Assembly: GCA_963712675.1 (NCBI GenBank)
Contig: CAVQJF010000021.1
Location: forward strand, 319,114-383,113
DNA from: an uncultured Solirubrobacteraceae bacterium
Lineage (GTDB): Bacteria > Actinomycetota > Thermoleophilia > Solirubrobacterales > Solirubrobacteraceae
Length of the DNA: 64,000 nt
Reading direction: 5' to 3'
The notes under the pieces are model-generated. The model saw only the letters and a list, made by a program, of their open reading frames with translations. It was not told the DNA's origin and did not search any database. This document shows positions 18,748 to 28,763 of this stretch, one piece after another (position 1 is the stretch's first letter; the number at the start of each line of letters is the position of its first letter). The position numbers and the translations under genes were made by a program.

Positions 18748-20244
18748 TCAAGCTGAAACAGCGGTGGGTTGCTCGGCTCGAAGGTCGAGCCGAGCGCGAT
18801 ACTCGCTGAGGTCAAAGCGCCGCGTTCGAAGTGCGTAGCGCCATGTGAAATCGGGCCACAGCGTGCTGTTGCGGCCGTTCTCGTCGAGGTACCAGCTGCG
18901 GCAGCCGCCGTCGGTCCAGACGCTTCCCGGCATCCTGGTCTGGACCTCATCCTGGAACGCGCGATGTACCTCGGGGAGGACGTCGATCGCCGCGAGGCCG
19001 TGCTCCTCCATCGCCTTGAGCGCGCCCAGCACGTAGCGGACCTGCGCCTCGATCATGAACACGATCGAGTTGTTGCCGAGTCCGGTGTTCGGCCCGACGA
19101 TCAGAAACCCGTTCGGGAACCCGGGCACGGTCATGCCGAGATATGCCTCAGGGCTGCCGCGCCAGACATCCGCCAGCGAGCGGCCATCGCGACCATGGAC
19201 CATCGCCATCATCGGGTTGTCCGTCACGTGAAAGCCGGTCCCGAAGATGATCGTGTCGACCTCACGGACAGCGCCGTCGTCGGTCACGATCGCGCCCTTC
19301 CGCACCCGCGTGATCGGATCGGTCACGACCTCGGCGTTCGGCTGCGTCAGCGCCGGGTAGTAGTCGTCCGAGCCGAGGATCCGCTTGCACCCGAGGCGGT
19401 AGTCGGGCGTCAGCTTGGCGCGCAGCTCCGGGTCTGCCACCTGGGCCTTGATATGCCGCCGGGCGAGCGACTCGACCGGCTTGACGAGTCGCGGGTCGTA
19501 TGCGAGCCCGAGGATTCCGCCCTCGGCGCCCCAGTAAATCGCCGTTCTGAGCGCGCGCTGGATGGCGGGCACCCGCCGCAGCAGCCGCTTCTCGGCGTCG
19601 GTGATCCGGTGCTCGGGACGCCCGAGCACCCACGGTGGCGTGCGCTGGAAGACGTACAGCTGCTCGACCTTGGGCTGGATCCGGGGTACGAACTGAATCG
19701 CGGATGCGCCGGTTCCGATCACCGCCACGCGCTTGCCGGTCAGGTCGAGGTCGTGGTCCCACTGCGCCGAGTGGAAGCTCTCGCCGGCGAACCGCTCGAG
19801 CCCCGGCAGCTTCGGGATCGACGGTTGGCTGAGCGGGCCGGCGGCGGCGACGAGCGCCCGCGCGCTCAACGAGCCGGCACTCGTCTGGATCCGCCAGCGG
19901 TCGGCGCCGTCGTCCCACTGCACTCCGTTGACCTCGTGGCCGTAGCGGATGTGGGGGATCACGCCGAAGCGCTGCGCGCAGTCGCGCAGGTACGCGAGGA
20001 TCTCCTCCTGGCGCGCGAAGATGTGGCTCCAGTTCGGGTTCGGCGCGAACGAGAACGAGTACAGATGCGAAGGGACGTCGCACGCGCAGCCGGGGTAGCT
20101 GTTGTCGCGCCAGGTGCCGCCGAGGTCGTCGGCGCGCTCGAGCACCACGAAGTCGTGGATTCCCTCCTGCTTGAGACGGATCGCCATCCCGAGTCCAGCG
20201 AAGCCGGCGCCGATGATCGCGACGCGGAAATCCCTGTCGGTCAT
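18748..20244 (-). CDS. Flavin-containing / Baeyer-Villiger monooxygenase
   Basis: IIGAGFAG, GGTWRDNSYPGCACD, FHSAQWDH, VIGTGASAIQ. Confidence 0.93.
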   Translation of the reverse strand: MTDRDFRVAIIGAGFAGLGMAIRLKQEGIHDFVVLERADDLGGTWRDNSYPGCACDVPSHLYSFSFAPNPNWSHIFARQEEILAYLRDCAQRFGVIPHIRYGHEVNGVQWDDGADRWRIQTSAGSLSARALVAAAGPLSQPSIPKLPGLERFAGESFHSAQWDHDLDLTGKRVAVIGTGASAIQFVPRIQPKVEQLYVFQRTPPWVLGRPEHRITDAEKRLLRRVPAIQRALRTAIYWGAEGGILGLAYDPRLVKPVESLARRHIKAQVADPELRAKLTPDYRLGCKRILGSDDYYPALTQPNAEVVTDPITRVRKGAIVTDDGAVREVDTIIFGTGFHVTDNPMMAMVHGRDGRSLADVWRGSPEAYLGMTVPGFPNGFLIVGPNTGLGNNSIVFMIEAQVRYVLGALKAMEEHGLAAIDVLPEVHRAFQDEVQTRMPGSVWTDGGCRSWYLDENGRNSTLWPDFTWRYALRTRRFDLSEYRARLDLRAEQPTAVSA

Positions 20245-21125
20245 GCTGCTGCCTCCGTTCGTGTGCGTGCATCGAAGCGGCGCCGGCAATCGCCGACGAA
20301 CCGGGCGATCTCCCCGGCGAGCCGCTCGGGGCGGATCCTCAGATCCGCGATCGAGCTGGTCCGAATCAGCCGCGCCAGGGCCAGGTCGTCGGTGACGGCC
20401 GTCGCGTCGCTCAGCGGGTGGAACGGGTCGAGCGGGAAGCCGATCACGAGCGCGGGCGCCTGGAGCGACGAGCGCAGCTCGCGGGGAGGGCCGACGCGGC
20501 CGAACATCAGCCCCTGCAGGAACGCGGTCGCGCGCGCGGGATCTTCGAGGACCAAGCTGGGGGAGATCCCGAGCCGCTTCGCGATCCGGCTCACCGGCGT
20601 CGCCGGCAGCCCGCGCGCCGCGAGCGCGACAGCGCGGAGCGCCGGGCGCCCGATCGTCACGACCATGAACATCGCCGAGAAGGCGAACGCGGTCGCGTAC
20701 GCCGCGTGGTCGACGAACGGCCCCTCCAGCAGCAGTCCGGTGAATCGAGACGGATCACGGAGCGCCGCCTCGATCGCGATATTCGACCCGATCGAGGTCC
20801 CGCCGATCACCGCCCGCTCGACCCCGAGCGCCTCGAGTGCAGCCACGGTCTGAAGGCCGAGCAGCTCGCTGCTGAAGCTGGAAGATTCGTGGGGCGAGCC
20901 ATCGACCCGCTCGCCGAGGTAGTCGAGACAGATCACCCGGATGTGGCGCAGCGCGAGGCGGCGCGCGAGCGGCTCCTGCATCTTGCGGGACATCAGCAGC
21001 GCTGGCAGCAGCACGAGCGTATCGGCCCCGCTGCCGTGCACGTCGTAGCCGAGGCGGACACCATCGACGGTGACCGTGCCGGTCAGTGGAGCGGCCTGCG
21101 TCAGCGGGGGACCGACGTCAACCAT
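20241..21125 (-). CDS. Alpha/beta hydrolase
   Basis: GGTSIGS nucleophile elbow, DPFHP; ATGA overlap with the BVMO. Confidence 0.85.
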   Translation of the reverse strand: MVDVGPPLTQAAPLTGTVTVDGVRLGYDVHGSGADTLVLLPALLMSRKMQEPLARRLALRHIRVICLDYLGERVDGSPHESSSFSSELLGLQTVAALEALGVERAVIGGTSIGSNIAIEAALRDPSRFTGLLLEGPFVDHAAYATAFAFSAMFMVVTIGRPALRAVALAARGLPATPVSRIAKRLGISPSLVLEDPARATAFLQGLMFGRVGPPRELRSSLQAPALVIGFPLDPFHPLSDATAVTDDLALARLIRTSSIADLRIRPERLAGEIARFVGDCRRRFDARTRTEAAA

Positions 21126-21130
21126 CGAAC

Positions 21131-21165
21131 AGAATGATACCTCATTCCGTATGAGATATCATTCC
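21131..21165. promoter_or_regulatory. Two adjacent 18-bp operators (A1, A2), each containing the TATCAT -10 of a divergent leaderless gene
   Basis: AGAATGATACCTCATTCC (21131-21148) and revcomp GGAATGATATCTCATACG (21148-21165); TATCAT sits 8 nt from ATG 21125(-) and 8 nt from ATG 21171(+). Confidence 0.85.
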
Positions 21166-21170
21166 CCTCT

Positions 21171-22784
21171 ATGGCTGCCGCAGCCATCGCTGGCAACGCC
21201 GTAACCGTCGAGCCCGACCACGAAGTGGTTGTCGTCGGCGCAGGGTTCGGCGGCATCGGGGCCGGGGTGAAGCTCAAGCGGGCCGGGATCGAGGACTTCG
21301 TGATCCTCGAGCGAGCCGGCGAGGTCGGCGGCACATGGCGTGAGAACAGCTATCCCGGGCTGGCGGTCGACATCCCGTCGTTCAGCTATCAGTTCTCGTT
21401 CGAGCTGAACCCCGACTGGTCACGGGTGTTCGCGCGCGGCGCCGAGGTGCAGGCGTACGCGATCAAGTGCGTCGACAAGCACGGGTTGCGCGAGCATCTG
21501 CGACTGAACACTCGCGTCAGCAGCGCGACATTTGACGAGGCGCACCACATGTGGCGCCTCCGAGTCGGCAGGCGGGTGATCACGACGCGATTCCTGATCA
21601 CCGCCACCGGGGGGTTCGGCAGCCCGAAGGCACCCGACATCCCGGGCCTGGAGAAGTTCGCCGGCAAGACGATGCACACGGCCGAATGGGACCACGGTCA
21701 CGATCTGACCGGGGAGCGGGTCGCCGTGATCGGCACCGGCGCGACCGCGGTCCAGCTGCTGCCCCGGCTGGCGCCGGAGGTTCGCAGGCTGTACGTCTTC
21801 CAGCGCACGCCGATCTGGGTGCTGCCGAAGCCTGATTTCGAGTTCCCCGGCGCCGTCCGGTTCGTGTTTCGCCACGCCCCGCTGGTCCAGGACTCGATCC
21901 GGCTCAGCGCGTCCGCTGGGCTCGAGGTCGGGATGGTCCTCGGCGTCATGTACAACCGCCAGCTGCCGTGGATCGTGAAGGGGATCGAGCGCCTCGGTCG
22001 GGCCTTCATCCGCTCCCAGGTGCATGATCCGGTGCTGCGTGAGCAGCTCACTCCACGCTACGGGTTCGGGTGCAAGCGCCCGAGCATGTCCAACGAGTAC
22101 TTCGCGACGTTCAACCGGGCCAACACCCAGCTGGTGACCGATCCGATCGAGCGGATCACCGCGACCGGGATCCGAACGGCCGATGGGATCGAGCGGGAGA
22201 TCGACACGCTCGTGCTCGCGACCGGGTATCAGACGACCGAGCCCGAGAACGCGCCGCCGATCCCGATCGTGGGTCGCGGCGGTCGAGATCTCGGAAGTTT
22301 TTGGCACGAGCAACGTTTCCAGGCTTACGAGGGCGCGTCGGGACCCGGATTCCCGAACGCGTTCATGACCTTCGGCCCGTACGCGTTTACCGGCAGCTCG
22401 TGGATGTTCATGGTCGAGAATCAATCCGCACATGCGGTCCGTGTGATCCAAGAAGCGCACAAGCGCGAAGCAACTCTTGCCGAAATAAGGCAGGAGCCCC
22501 ACGATCGCTTCTTCGAGGACATCTTGCGACGCCAGCAGAACACGATCTTTTTCAACAACGGCTGCGGCACCGCCAACAGCTACTACTTCGACGCGCACGG
22601 CGACGCCCCATTCCTGAGGCCGTCGCTGGCGGTGGAGGCGTGGTGGCGCGCGCGCCACTTCGACCTCGACGACTACCGCTTCGAGCGGATCGAAGAGCCG
22701 CTCGAGTCGCCGCGTGCGCCGGCGGCCACCGTCAGACGCCAGATCGAGCATCTGCAGCTCGTGGAAGGGAGTCCCACCCCGTGA
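21171..22784 (+). CDS. Flavin-containing / Baeyer-Villiger monooxygenase
   Basis: VVGAGFGG, GGTWRENSYPG, MHTAEWDH, VIGTGATAVQ. Confidence 0.93.
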   Translation: MAAAAIAGNAVTVEPDHEVVVVGAGFGGIGAGVKLKRAGIEDFVILERAGEVGGTWRENSYPGLAVDIPSFSYQFSFELNPDWSRVFARGAEVQAYAIKCVDKHGLREHLRLNTRVSSATFDEAHHMWRLRVGRRVITTRFLITATGGFGSPKAPDIPGLEKFAGKTMHTAEWDHGHDLTGERVAVIGTGATAVQLLPRLAPEVRRLYVFQRTPIWVLPKPDFEFPGAVRFVFRHAPLVQDSIRLSASAGLEVGMVLGVMYNRQLPWIVKGIERLGRAFIRSQVHDPVLREQLTPRYGFGCKRPSMSNEYFATFNRANTQLVTDPIERITATGIRTADGIEREIDTLVLATGYQTTEPENAPPIPIVGRGGRDLGSFWHEQRFQAYEGASGPGFPNAFMTFGPYAFTGSSWMFMVENQSAHAVRVIQEAHKREATLAEIRQEPHDRFFEDILRRQQNTIFFNNGCGTANSYYFDAHGDAPFLRPSLAVEAWWRARHFDLDDYRFERIEEPLESPRAPAATVRRQIEHLQLVEGSPTP

Positions 22785-24001
22785 GGATCACCGACGTCGC
22801 GCGTCTCGCGAGCGCTCAACTACTGCTCGTCTCACCGCCGCGCCGCCAGCCGAGCGCGCCGACCGACGCGTTCTATCTGCCGCCGGAGCCGTTCGGTGCG
22901 GGCGAGCCAGGAGAGCTGCTGAAGGCCGAACCCGTCGACGCATACCTCGCGCCCGGCGTGCGGATGCGCGCCCGCGCGTGGCGCATCCTGTACCGCTCGA
23001 CGTCGGCGATCGGCGAGCCGACGGCGGTGTCCGGCACGATCCTGTTGCCCGGCCGGCGGACAAGCGCCCCGCGACCGCTGATCGGCTACGCGATCGGCAC
23101 GCACGGGATCGGCGACTCGGCCGCGCCATCACGGCTGCTCCCGCGCGGGCTCGACTGGGAGGCGGGGATCATCGCGATGGTCCTCGCGCGCGGCTGGGCG
23201 GTCGCGGTGACCGACTACCAAGGGCTCGGGACGCCGGGCGATCACACCTACATGGTCGGCCGCGCGCTCGGTCCGAACGTGCTCGACGCGATGCGCGCCG
23301 CGCGCCTGCTGCATCCGAGCGAGCTGCCGCCCGAGGGTCCGGCGGCGATCATCGGGTACTCGGAGGGCGGCGCGGCTGCGGCCTGGGCCGCGCAGCTCCA
23401 GCCCACGTACGCGCCCGACGTGCAGCTGGCCGGGGTCGCGGCGGGAGCCGCTGCCGCGAACCTCGAGATCGCGGGCCCGAGCCTCGACGGCAGCTTCTTC
23501 TCGTTCTTCACCGCATACGGCGGGATCGGGTACGCGGCCGCGTACCCGGAGCTCGACCTCGATCAGCATCTGACCGAACGGGGCAAGGAGATGATTCCGT
23601 TCCTGCGGGAGTCGAATGTCCTGCAGGCGGCGATCCGTGGACCCCATTTCGCCCATTCGAACGACTGGACCGATCCGAACGTGCTCGAGCTGCCGGAGTG
23701 GCGCGTGCGGTTGCGCGAGAATCGGCTCGGCCGGATCGCGCCGCAGGCGCCGGTTCTGCTTCACCATGCGCGCCGCGACCAGATTGTCTCGTTCGTCCAC
23801 AGCCTCGATCTGCGTGACGACTGGCGCGCGCTCGGCGTCGACGTGCGGCTGTACGTCACGCGCGGCGGGGTCGACCACATCAGCGGCGCCGTAGCGGGGA
23901 CGCCGGTCGCGCTCGACTGGCTCGCCCGGCGCCTGGCCGGCGGTCGCTCCCGGCGGGCCGACGCCGGCGCCGCCGACGCGGCGGACGTCCGCGCCGCCTA
24001 G
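22781..24001 (+). CDS. LIP-family lipase, no evident signal peptide
   Basis: DAFY, TDYQGLG, IGYSEGG, GVDH; GTGA overlap. Confidence 0.88.
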   Translation: MRITDVARLASAQLLLVSPPRRQPSAPTDAFYLPPEPFGAGEPGELLKAEPVDAYLAPGVRMRARAWRILYRSTSAIGEPTAVSGTILLPGRRTSAPRPLIGYAIGTHGIGDSAAPSRLLPRGLDWEAGIIAMVLARGWAVAVTDYQGLGTPGDHTYMVGRALGPNVLDAMRAARLLHPSELPPEGPAAIIGYSEGGAAAAWAAQLQPTYAPDVQLAGVAAGAAAANLEIAGPSLDGSFFSFFTAYGGIGYAAAYPELDLDQHLTERGKEMIPFLRESNVLQAAIRGPHFAHSNDWTDPNVLELPEWRVRLRENRLGRIAPQAPVLLHHARRDQIVSFVHSLDLRDDWRALGVDVRLYVTRGGVDHISGAVAGTPVALDWLARRLAGGRSRRADAGAADAADVRAA

Positions 24002-24003
24002 GC

Positions 24004-25194
24004 CTAGCCGGGGTCCGCGGCCCAGCCGTCCTTGGCGGCCGCCCGCACGAGCTCGCGCCATGGACCGGTCGCCCCGACACGGGCGATCGTCCCGAACAGC
24101 TGCGCGATCCCGCGCGCGGGCCACATGTCCTCGGGCGGAAGCGACCCCGCGAGAATTAGCTCGACGAGCGGCTTGGGGTGGTCGAGCAGCCGGTCGCGAG
24201 CGGCCATCACGGCGGCCGTGTCGAGCCGGACCGGATCGGGGCCCGCGAGATCGCCGAGCGCAGCACGGCCGAGGTCGATCGCCGTTCGGGCATGCTCCGC
24301 CCCGAGCGCTCCGAGCTGCTCAGTGGCGGCGCCGAAGGCGTCGGCGTCGTCCGCGACGAACGCCTCGAGCGCATCCGCCGACGCCTCGAAGCGAGCGGGA
24401 TCGACGGTCCGTGTGGCGCCGAAGTCGAGAATCGCCAGACGGCCGTCGTCGAGCACCAGCACGTCGTCGGGGTCCGGATCGGCGTGCACAAACCCGGCGC
24501 GCGCCGATCCGATCACGAACACGAGCAACCGCGCCGCGGCTAGGTCGACATCCGGGGCATCTCGCAGCGGCGTCCCGTCGAGCCATTCCGAGACGAGCAC
24601 GTTGTCGCGCGCGAGCGCGGTGAACGGCGCCGGCACGAGCAGGAAAGGGTGGCCGCGAAGCGCGCGTTGGAAGCGTCGCTGGGCGGTCGCCTCGTTCTCG
24701 AGGTCGAGCTCGTCGAGGATCCGCTCACGGAACTCGCGCATCACGGCTGCCGGATCGACCGCAGGAAAGGCGGCACCGAGCGGAGCCATCAGGCTCTCGA
24801 GCAGTGCTAGGTCCTGGCGCACCGAGCCGGCCAAGCCGGGGCGGAGCACCTTGACCGCGACCTCCGCGCCGTCGAGCTTGCCGCGGTGGACCTGCGCGGT
24901 CGGCGTGACGGCGATCGGCTCCGCGTCGAGCGAGTCGAGCTCGTCGGTCGGTTTTCCGCCCCAGGCGCTGCGCAGGGCTCGCTCGATGTCGCGGAACGGG
25001 ATCGGCTCGCACGCATCCGCCCGGGCAGCGTCGAGCTCGGCGGCGATCGTGTCGCCCCACGGGCGGGGGATCCACTCGGGTTCGATCGCGATCGCCGTCC
25101 GCGCCAGCAGCACGCGTCCGCTCGGCGCGGAACGGGCGAGCCGGAGTCCGACCTGGATCAGGGCATCGATCCGTCTGAACGCGTCGTCAGCCAT
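24004..25194 (-). CDS. Degenerate ABC1/AarF/UbiB kinase-like protein
   Basis: VAVK, ELD and DFG retained; no KxGQ motif, A-rich loop reads AVTPTAQV, catalytic loop reads HADPDPDD. Confidence 0.82.
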   Translation of the reverse strand: MADDAFRRIDALIQVGLRLARSAPSGRVLLARTAIAIEPEWIPRPWGDTIAAELDAARADACEPIPFRDIERALRSAWGGKPTDELDSLDAEPIAVTPTAQVHRGKLDGAEVAVKVLRPGLAGSVRQDLALLESLMAPLGAAFPAVDPAAVMREFRERILDELDLENEATAQRRFQRALRGHPFLLVPAPFTALARDNVLVSEWLDGTPLRDAPDVDLAAARLLVFVIGSARAGFVHADPDPDDVLVLDDGRLAILDFGATRTVDPARFEASADALEAFVADDADAFGAATEQLGALGAEHARTAIDLGRAALGDLAGPDPVRLDTAAVMAARDRLLDHPKPLVELILAGSLPPEDMWPARGIAQLFGTIARVGATGPWRELVRAAAKDGWAADPG

Positions 25195-25223
25195 CGACCG
25201 CGCGATGATACGCGAGAGTCGCC

Positions 25224-25241
25224 GGACTGATGTATCATTCC
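25224..25241. promoter_or_regulatory. 18-bp operator B in divergent promoter
   Basis: GGACTGATGTATCATTCC (revcomp GGAATGATACATCAGTCC). Confidence 0.85.
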
Positions 25242-25251
25242 GCGCTGCGGG

Positions 25252-26163
25252 ATGGCTACCGTCAAGCCAACAATCGTGGTCGTGACCGGCGCGGGCAGCG
25301 GCATCGGGCGCGCGACGGCCGAGCGATTCGCTCGCCGCGGCTCTCAGGTGATCGTCGCCGACATCGACGAGCCCGCGGCCGATGAGACGGTCAGCCGGAT
25401 CGAGAACGAAGGTGGCCGCGCGTACGCATACCGGCTCGATGTCGCCGACCACCGTGCTTGGGAGGCGTTCGCCGCGGGGGTCCGCGACGCCCACGGTGTG
25501 CCGGATGTGCTCGTCAACAACGCCGGCATCCTCATCTCGGGCTCGTTCCTCGACCACGATGCCGAGGATTGGGAGCGGATCGTCGGCGTCAACCTGATGG
25601 GGGTCGTCCACGGCTCGCGCGTGTTCGGCCGCCAGATGGTGGACCGACGAGAGGGCGGGCAGATCGTCAACATCGCCTCCGCGGCGGCGTTCGTACCGCT
25701 GCGCTCGGCGCCGGCGTACGCGGTCACGAAGGCGGCTGTGCTGATGCTGTCCGAGTGCCTACGGATCGAGTTCGCCTCCGACGGGATCGGCGTGACCGCG
25801 ATCTGCCCGACGGTGATCAAGACGAACATCGCTCGCAACTCGAGCCTCGCCGGCGTCGATCCCGGACTCGAGCAGCGTTTCGTCGAGCTCGGAGCGGCGC
25901 TCCAGGACCGGTTCGCCTGGACGAGTCCCGACAAGGTCGCCCGCGCGGTCGCCCGTTCGGTGGCGCGCAACTGGGCGATCGTCCCCGTCAACCCGGACGC
26001 CTGGGTCGTCTACGCCGTGAGACGGATCTCACCCAGCGTGCTGCGGGCAGGCGCGAGAATCGCGAGCTTCGACAGGGCGCTGAGCGGCGCCAACCGCCTG
26101 TTCCCGCGCGTCGTCGGCGACCGGCCACCGGCGGACGAGACCGCAGCCATCCAGGAGGTGTGA
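25252..26163 (+). CDS. Short-chain dehydrogenase/reductase
   Basis: TGAGSGIG, NNAG, YAVTK. Confidence 0.92.
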   Translation: MATVKPTIVVVTGAGSGIGRATAERFARRGSQVIVADIDEPAADETVSRIENEGGRAYAYRLDVADHRAWEAFAAGVRDAHGVPDVLVNNAGILISGSFLDHDAEDWERIVGVNLMGVVHGSRVFGRQMVDRREGGQIVNIASAAAFVPLRSAPAYAVTKAAVLMLSECLRIEFASDGIGVTAICPTVIKTNIARNSSLAGVDPGLEQRFVELGAALQDRFAWTSPDKVARAVARSVARNWAIVPVNPDAWVVYAVRRISPSVLRAGARIASFDRALSGANRLFPRVVGDRPPADETAAIQEV

Positions 26164-26165
26164 AG

Positions 26166-27950
26166 ATGGACGTCACGACCACCGAGGAGCGATCGACCAC
26201 GCGGACGAGCACCGTCAGGCGCGCCGGCGCCGAGCTGTACGTCACCGAGTCTGGGCCCGGCGACGCCCCGACGGTTCTGTTCGTGCACGGCTTCCCGGAC
26301 ACCCACGGATGCTGGGAAGAGGTCATCGGGCTGCTCTCGGGCCGCTTCCACGTCGTCGCCTACGACATCCGCGGGATCGGTCGCTCAACAGCTCCCGATC
26401 GCAGCGAGGGGTTCGCGCTCTCGGAGCTCGCGCTTGACCTCGGCGCCGTGATCGACGCGGTCAGCCCCGACGCTCCTGTCCACCTCGTCGGACACGACTG
26501 GGGGGCGTTCCAGTGCTGGGAGGCCGTGCTGACCGACGGTGTCCGCGAGCGGGTTGCTTCGTTCACGGCCGTCGCCGGCCCGCGGATCGACGTCGCGCGC
26601 GAATGGGCGCTGCGGCGGCTCGGTACCTCGCCCCGGGGCCTTCGCGAGCTTGCCGGCCAGGCGCGGCGCTCGTGGTACATCGGGGCGTTCCAGCTTCCAT
26701 GGCTCCCCGAACGACTGCTCGGCGCCGGCGCGGCGCCGGAGCGCGGCTGGCGTCAGGCGATGCGGAGGCTCGAGGGGATCGAGCCCCGGCCGGGCCATCC
26801 GGCGCCCACGTTCGCGAGCGACGCCCGCACCGGGCTCGCGCTCTACCGGACCAACCTCCGCGGACTCGCCGGCTCGCCCAAGCGCCACGAAGGTCCGGCG
26901 CAGGTCCCGGTGCAGCTGATCGTCGCGACTCGCGACCGCTACGAATCGCCGGCGCTGTTCGCCGATGCGCAGGAGTGGGCGGCCCGCGTCTGGCGCCGGG
27001 ACGTGCGCTCGGGCCACTGGGTCCAGCGCTCGCATCCGGACCAGGTGGCGCGATTCGTCTCAGAGCTCGTCGAGCACGTCGAGGGCGCGCCGGAGACCGG
27101 TGCGCTCCGCCGCGCCCGGTACCACGGCGAGCGGGACGGGATGGGCGGTCGGCTCGCGATCGTGACCGGCGCCGGCAGCGGCATCGGTCGCGCCACCGCG
27201 CTGGCGCTCGCCGCGGAGGGCGCCGAGGTGATCGCGGCCGACATCAACCTCGAGTCGGCCAAGGAGACACTCGAGCTTGCACCGGGCGACGCGCACATGC
27301 ACGCTGTCCTGCTCGACGTCGGCGACGCCGACGCGATGGAGCAGTTCGCTGAGATGGTCGAGCGCGAGCACGGGGTGCCGTCGATCGTGGTCAACAACGC
27401 CGGGATCGGGATCGGCGGCGCGTTCCTCGATACGACGCTGGCCGACTGGGAGCGGATCATGGACGTCAACCTGTGGGGCGTGATCCACGGCTCACGGCTC
27501 TTCGCGCGGCGGATGGTCAGCGCCGGCGTTCAGGGCCACATCGTGAACATCTCCTCGGCCGCGGGGTACACGCCGTCGCGGATGCTGCCCGCCTACTCGA
27601 CGACCAAGGCCGCCGTGCTGATGCTGTCGGAGTGCATGCGCGCCGAGCTCGCGGAGGCGGGGATCGGCGTGACCGCGATCTGCCCCGGGATCGTCAACAC
27701 GAACATCACCCGCACGACGCACATGGTCGGCGTCGATCCCGAGGAGGAGCGCCGGATGCAGCAGCGGACCGCCCGCGCCTACGGCATGCGTGGCTACCCG
27801 CCGGAGAAGGTCGCCGCCGCGATCGTCGGCGCCGTCAAGCGGAATCCCGCCGTCCTGCCGGTGACGCCCGAGGCGCGCGTGATGCGGACGATGTCGCAGC
27901 TGACGCCGGGCCTGGTCCGGCGAATGGCTCGCCTCAACCCCGGGGGCTAG
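26166..27950 (+). CDS. ephD: EphD-like epoxide hydrolase (alpha/beta) + SDR fusion
   Basis: HGFPD, GHDWG (Asp nucleophile), GHW; then TGAGSGIG, NNAG, YSTTK. Confidence 0.85.
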   Translation: MDVTTTEERSTTRTSTVRRAGAELYVTESGPGDAPTVLFVHGFPDTHGCWEEVIGLLSGRFHVVAYDIRGIGRSTAPDRSEGFALSELALDLGAVIDAVSPDAPVHLVGHDWGAFQCWEAVLTDGVRERVASFTAVAGPRIDVAREWALRRLGTSPRGLRELAGQARRSWYIGAFQLPWLPERLLGAGAAPERGWRQAMRRLEGIEPRPGHPAPTFASDARTGLALYRTNLRGLAGSPKRHEGPAQVPVQLIVATRDRYESPALFADAQEWAARVWRRDVRSGHWVQRSHPDQVARFVSELVEHVEGAPETGALRRARYHGERDGMGGRLAIVTGAGSGIGRATALALAAEGAEVIAADINLESAKETLELAPGDAHMHAVLLDVGDADAMEQFAEMVEREHGVPSIVVNNAGIGIGGAFLDTTLADWERIMDVNLWGVIHGSRLFARRMVSAGVQGHIVNISSAAGYTPSRMLPAYSTTKAAVLMLSECMRAELAEAGIGVTAICPGIVNTNITRTTHMVGVDPEEERRMQQRTARAYGMRGYPPEKVAAAIVGAVKRNPAVLPVTPEARVMRTMSQLTPGLVRRMARLNPGG

Positions 27951-28741
27951 CCGCGCCCGCGCCCGCGCTCCCGCTCGCGCTCGGCGAGCAGGAACTCGAT
28001 TCCGCCTTCGACCGCCGCGGCGACCTCGGCCCGCACGCGCCGGCAGGCGACGTCGTCCTCGTGCCGTCCGGCATACGGCTCGGTTGACACCGGCGCGCCG
28101 ACCCAGAAATAGAGTCGCTCCGGGCGCGGGATCGGAGTCAGGCCGATGCCGCGCACGATCGGCAGCGGCTCGGTACCGAACAGCCGCTGCGTGAGCGCCC
28201 GGATCGGCGCCATCACCGGGCTGTCGGCGTCCAGCACGATGTCGAGGCTCTCCTCGGCGCCGACCGCGGCAAACGGAACGATCGGGTAGCCGTGCTCGAT
28301 CGCCATCCGCGCGAACCCGAGCCGCTCGGACCAGATCAGCTTGTACTTCTCGCCGCGGCGCTTGGATACCTCGCGTGCGCCGCCCGGGAAGACGAGGATC
28401 AGCTCACCCCGGCGCATCAGCTCTCCGCAGTTCGCGCGGGTGCCGCGGACGACGCCGCACGCCTTGAGCAGATCGCGGTGCGCGGGCACCCTGAAGTGCG
28501 CGTGATCGCCGAGCGAGCGCACGACGACGCCGCGACGACGCCAGATCTCGGCGACGAGGAACGGGACGTCGAGCACTCCATAGATCGTGTGGTTGCCGAC
28601 CAGCAGCGCGCCCTGCTCGGGAACGTTCTCGAGTCCGTAGAACTTCGGGCGGATCAGCTTGCGCAGCGGCGATACGAGCGCCAGCACCCGCCCGATCTCA
28701 CGGTCGCCGAGCGGCTCGGGAATCTCGACGTCGGCGGGCAC
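27947..28741 (-). CDS. Lysophospholipid/diacylglycerol acyltransferase (PlsC/DGAT2-like)
   Basis: VGNHTIYGVLD, FPGGARE, GFARMAIEHGYPIVP; GTG 6 nt after TACCGT -10. Confidence 0.87.
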   Translation of the reverse strand: MPADVEIPEPLGDREIGRVLALVSPLRKLIRPKFYGLENVPEQGALLVGNHTIYGVLDVPFLVAEIWRRRGVVVRSLGDHAHFRVPAHRDLLKACGVVRGTRANCGELMRRGELILVFPGGAREVSKRRGEKYKLIWSERLGFARMAIEHGYPIVPFAAVGAEESLDIVLDADSPVMAPIRALTQRLFGTEPLPIVRGIGLTPIPRPERLYFWVGAPVSTEPYAGRHEDDVACRRVRAEVAAAVEGGIEFLLAERERERGRGRG

Positions 28742-28763
28742 GTGCGCACGGTATCGTCCGCGC

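Noticed and set aside
26166-27950. Hydrolase-SDR fusion as a novel architecture
   Set aside because: Matches the known mycobacterial EphD architecture.
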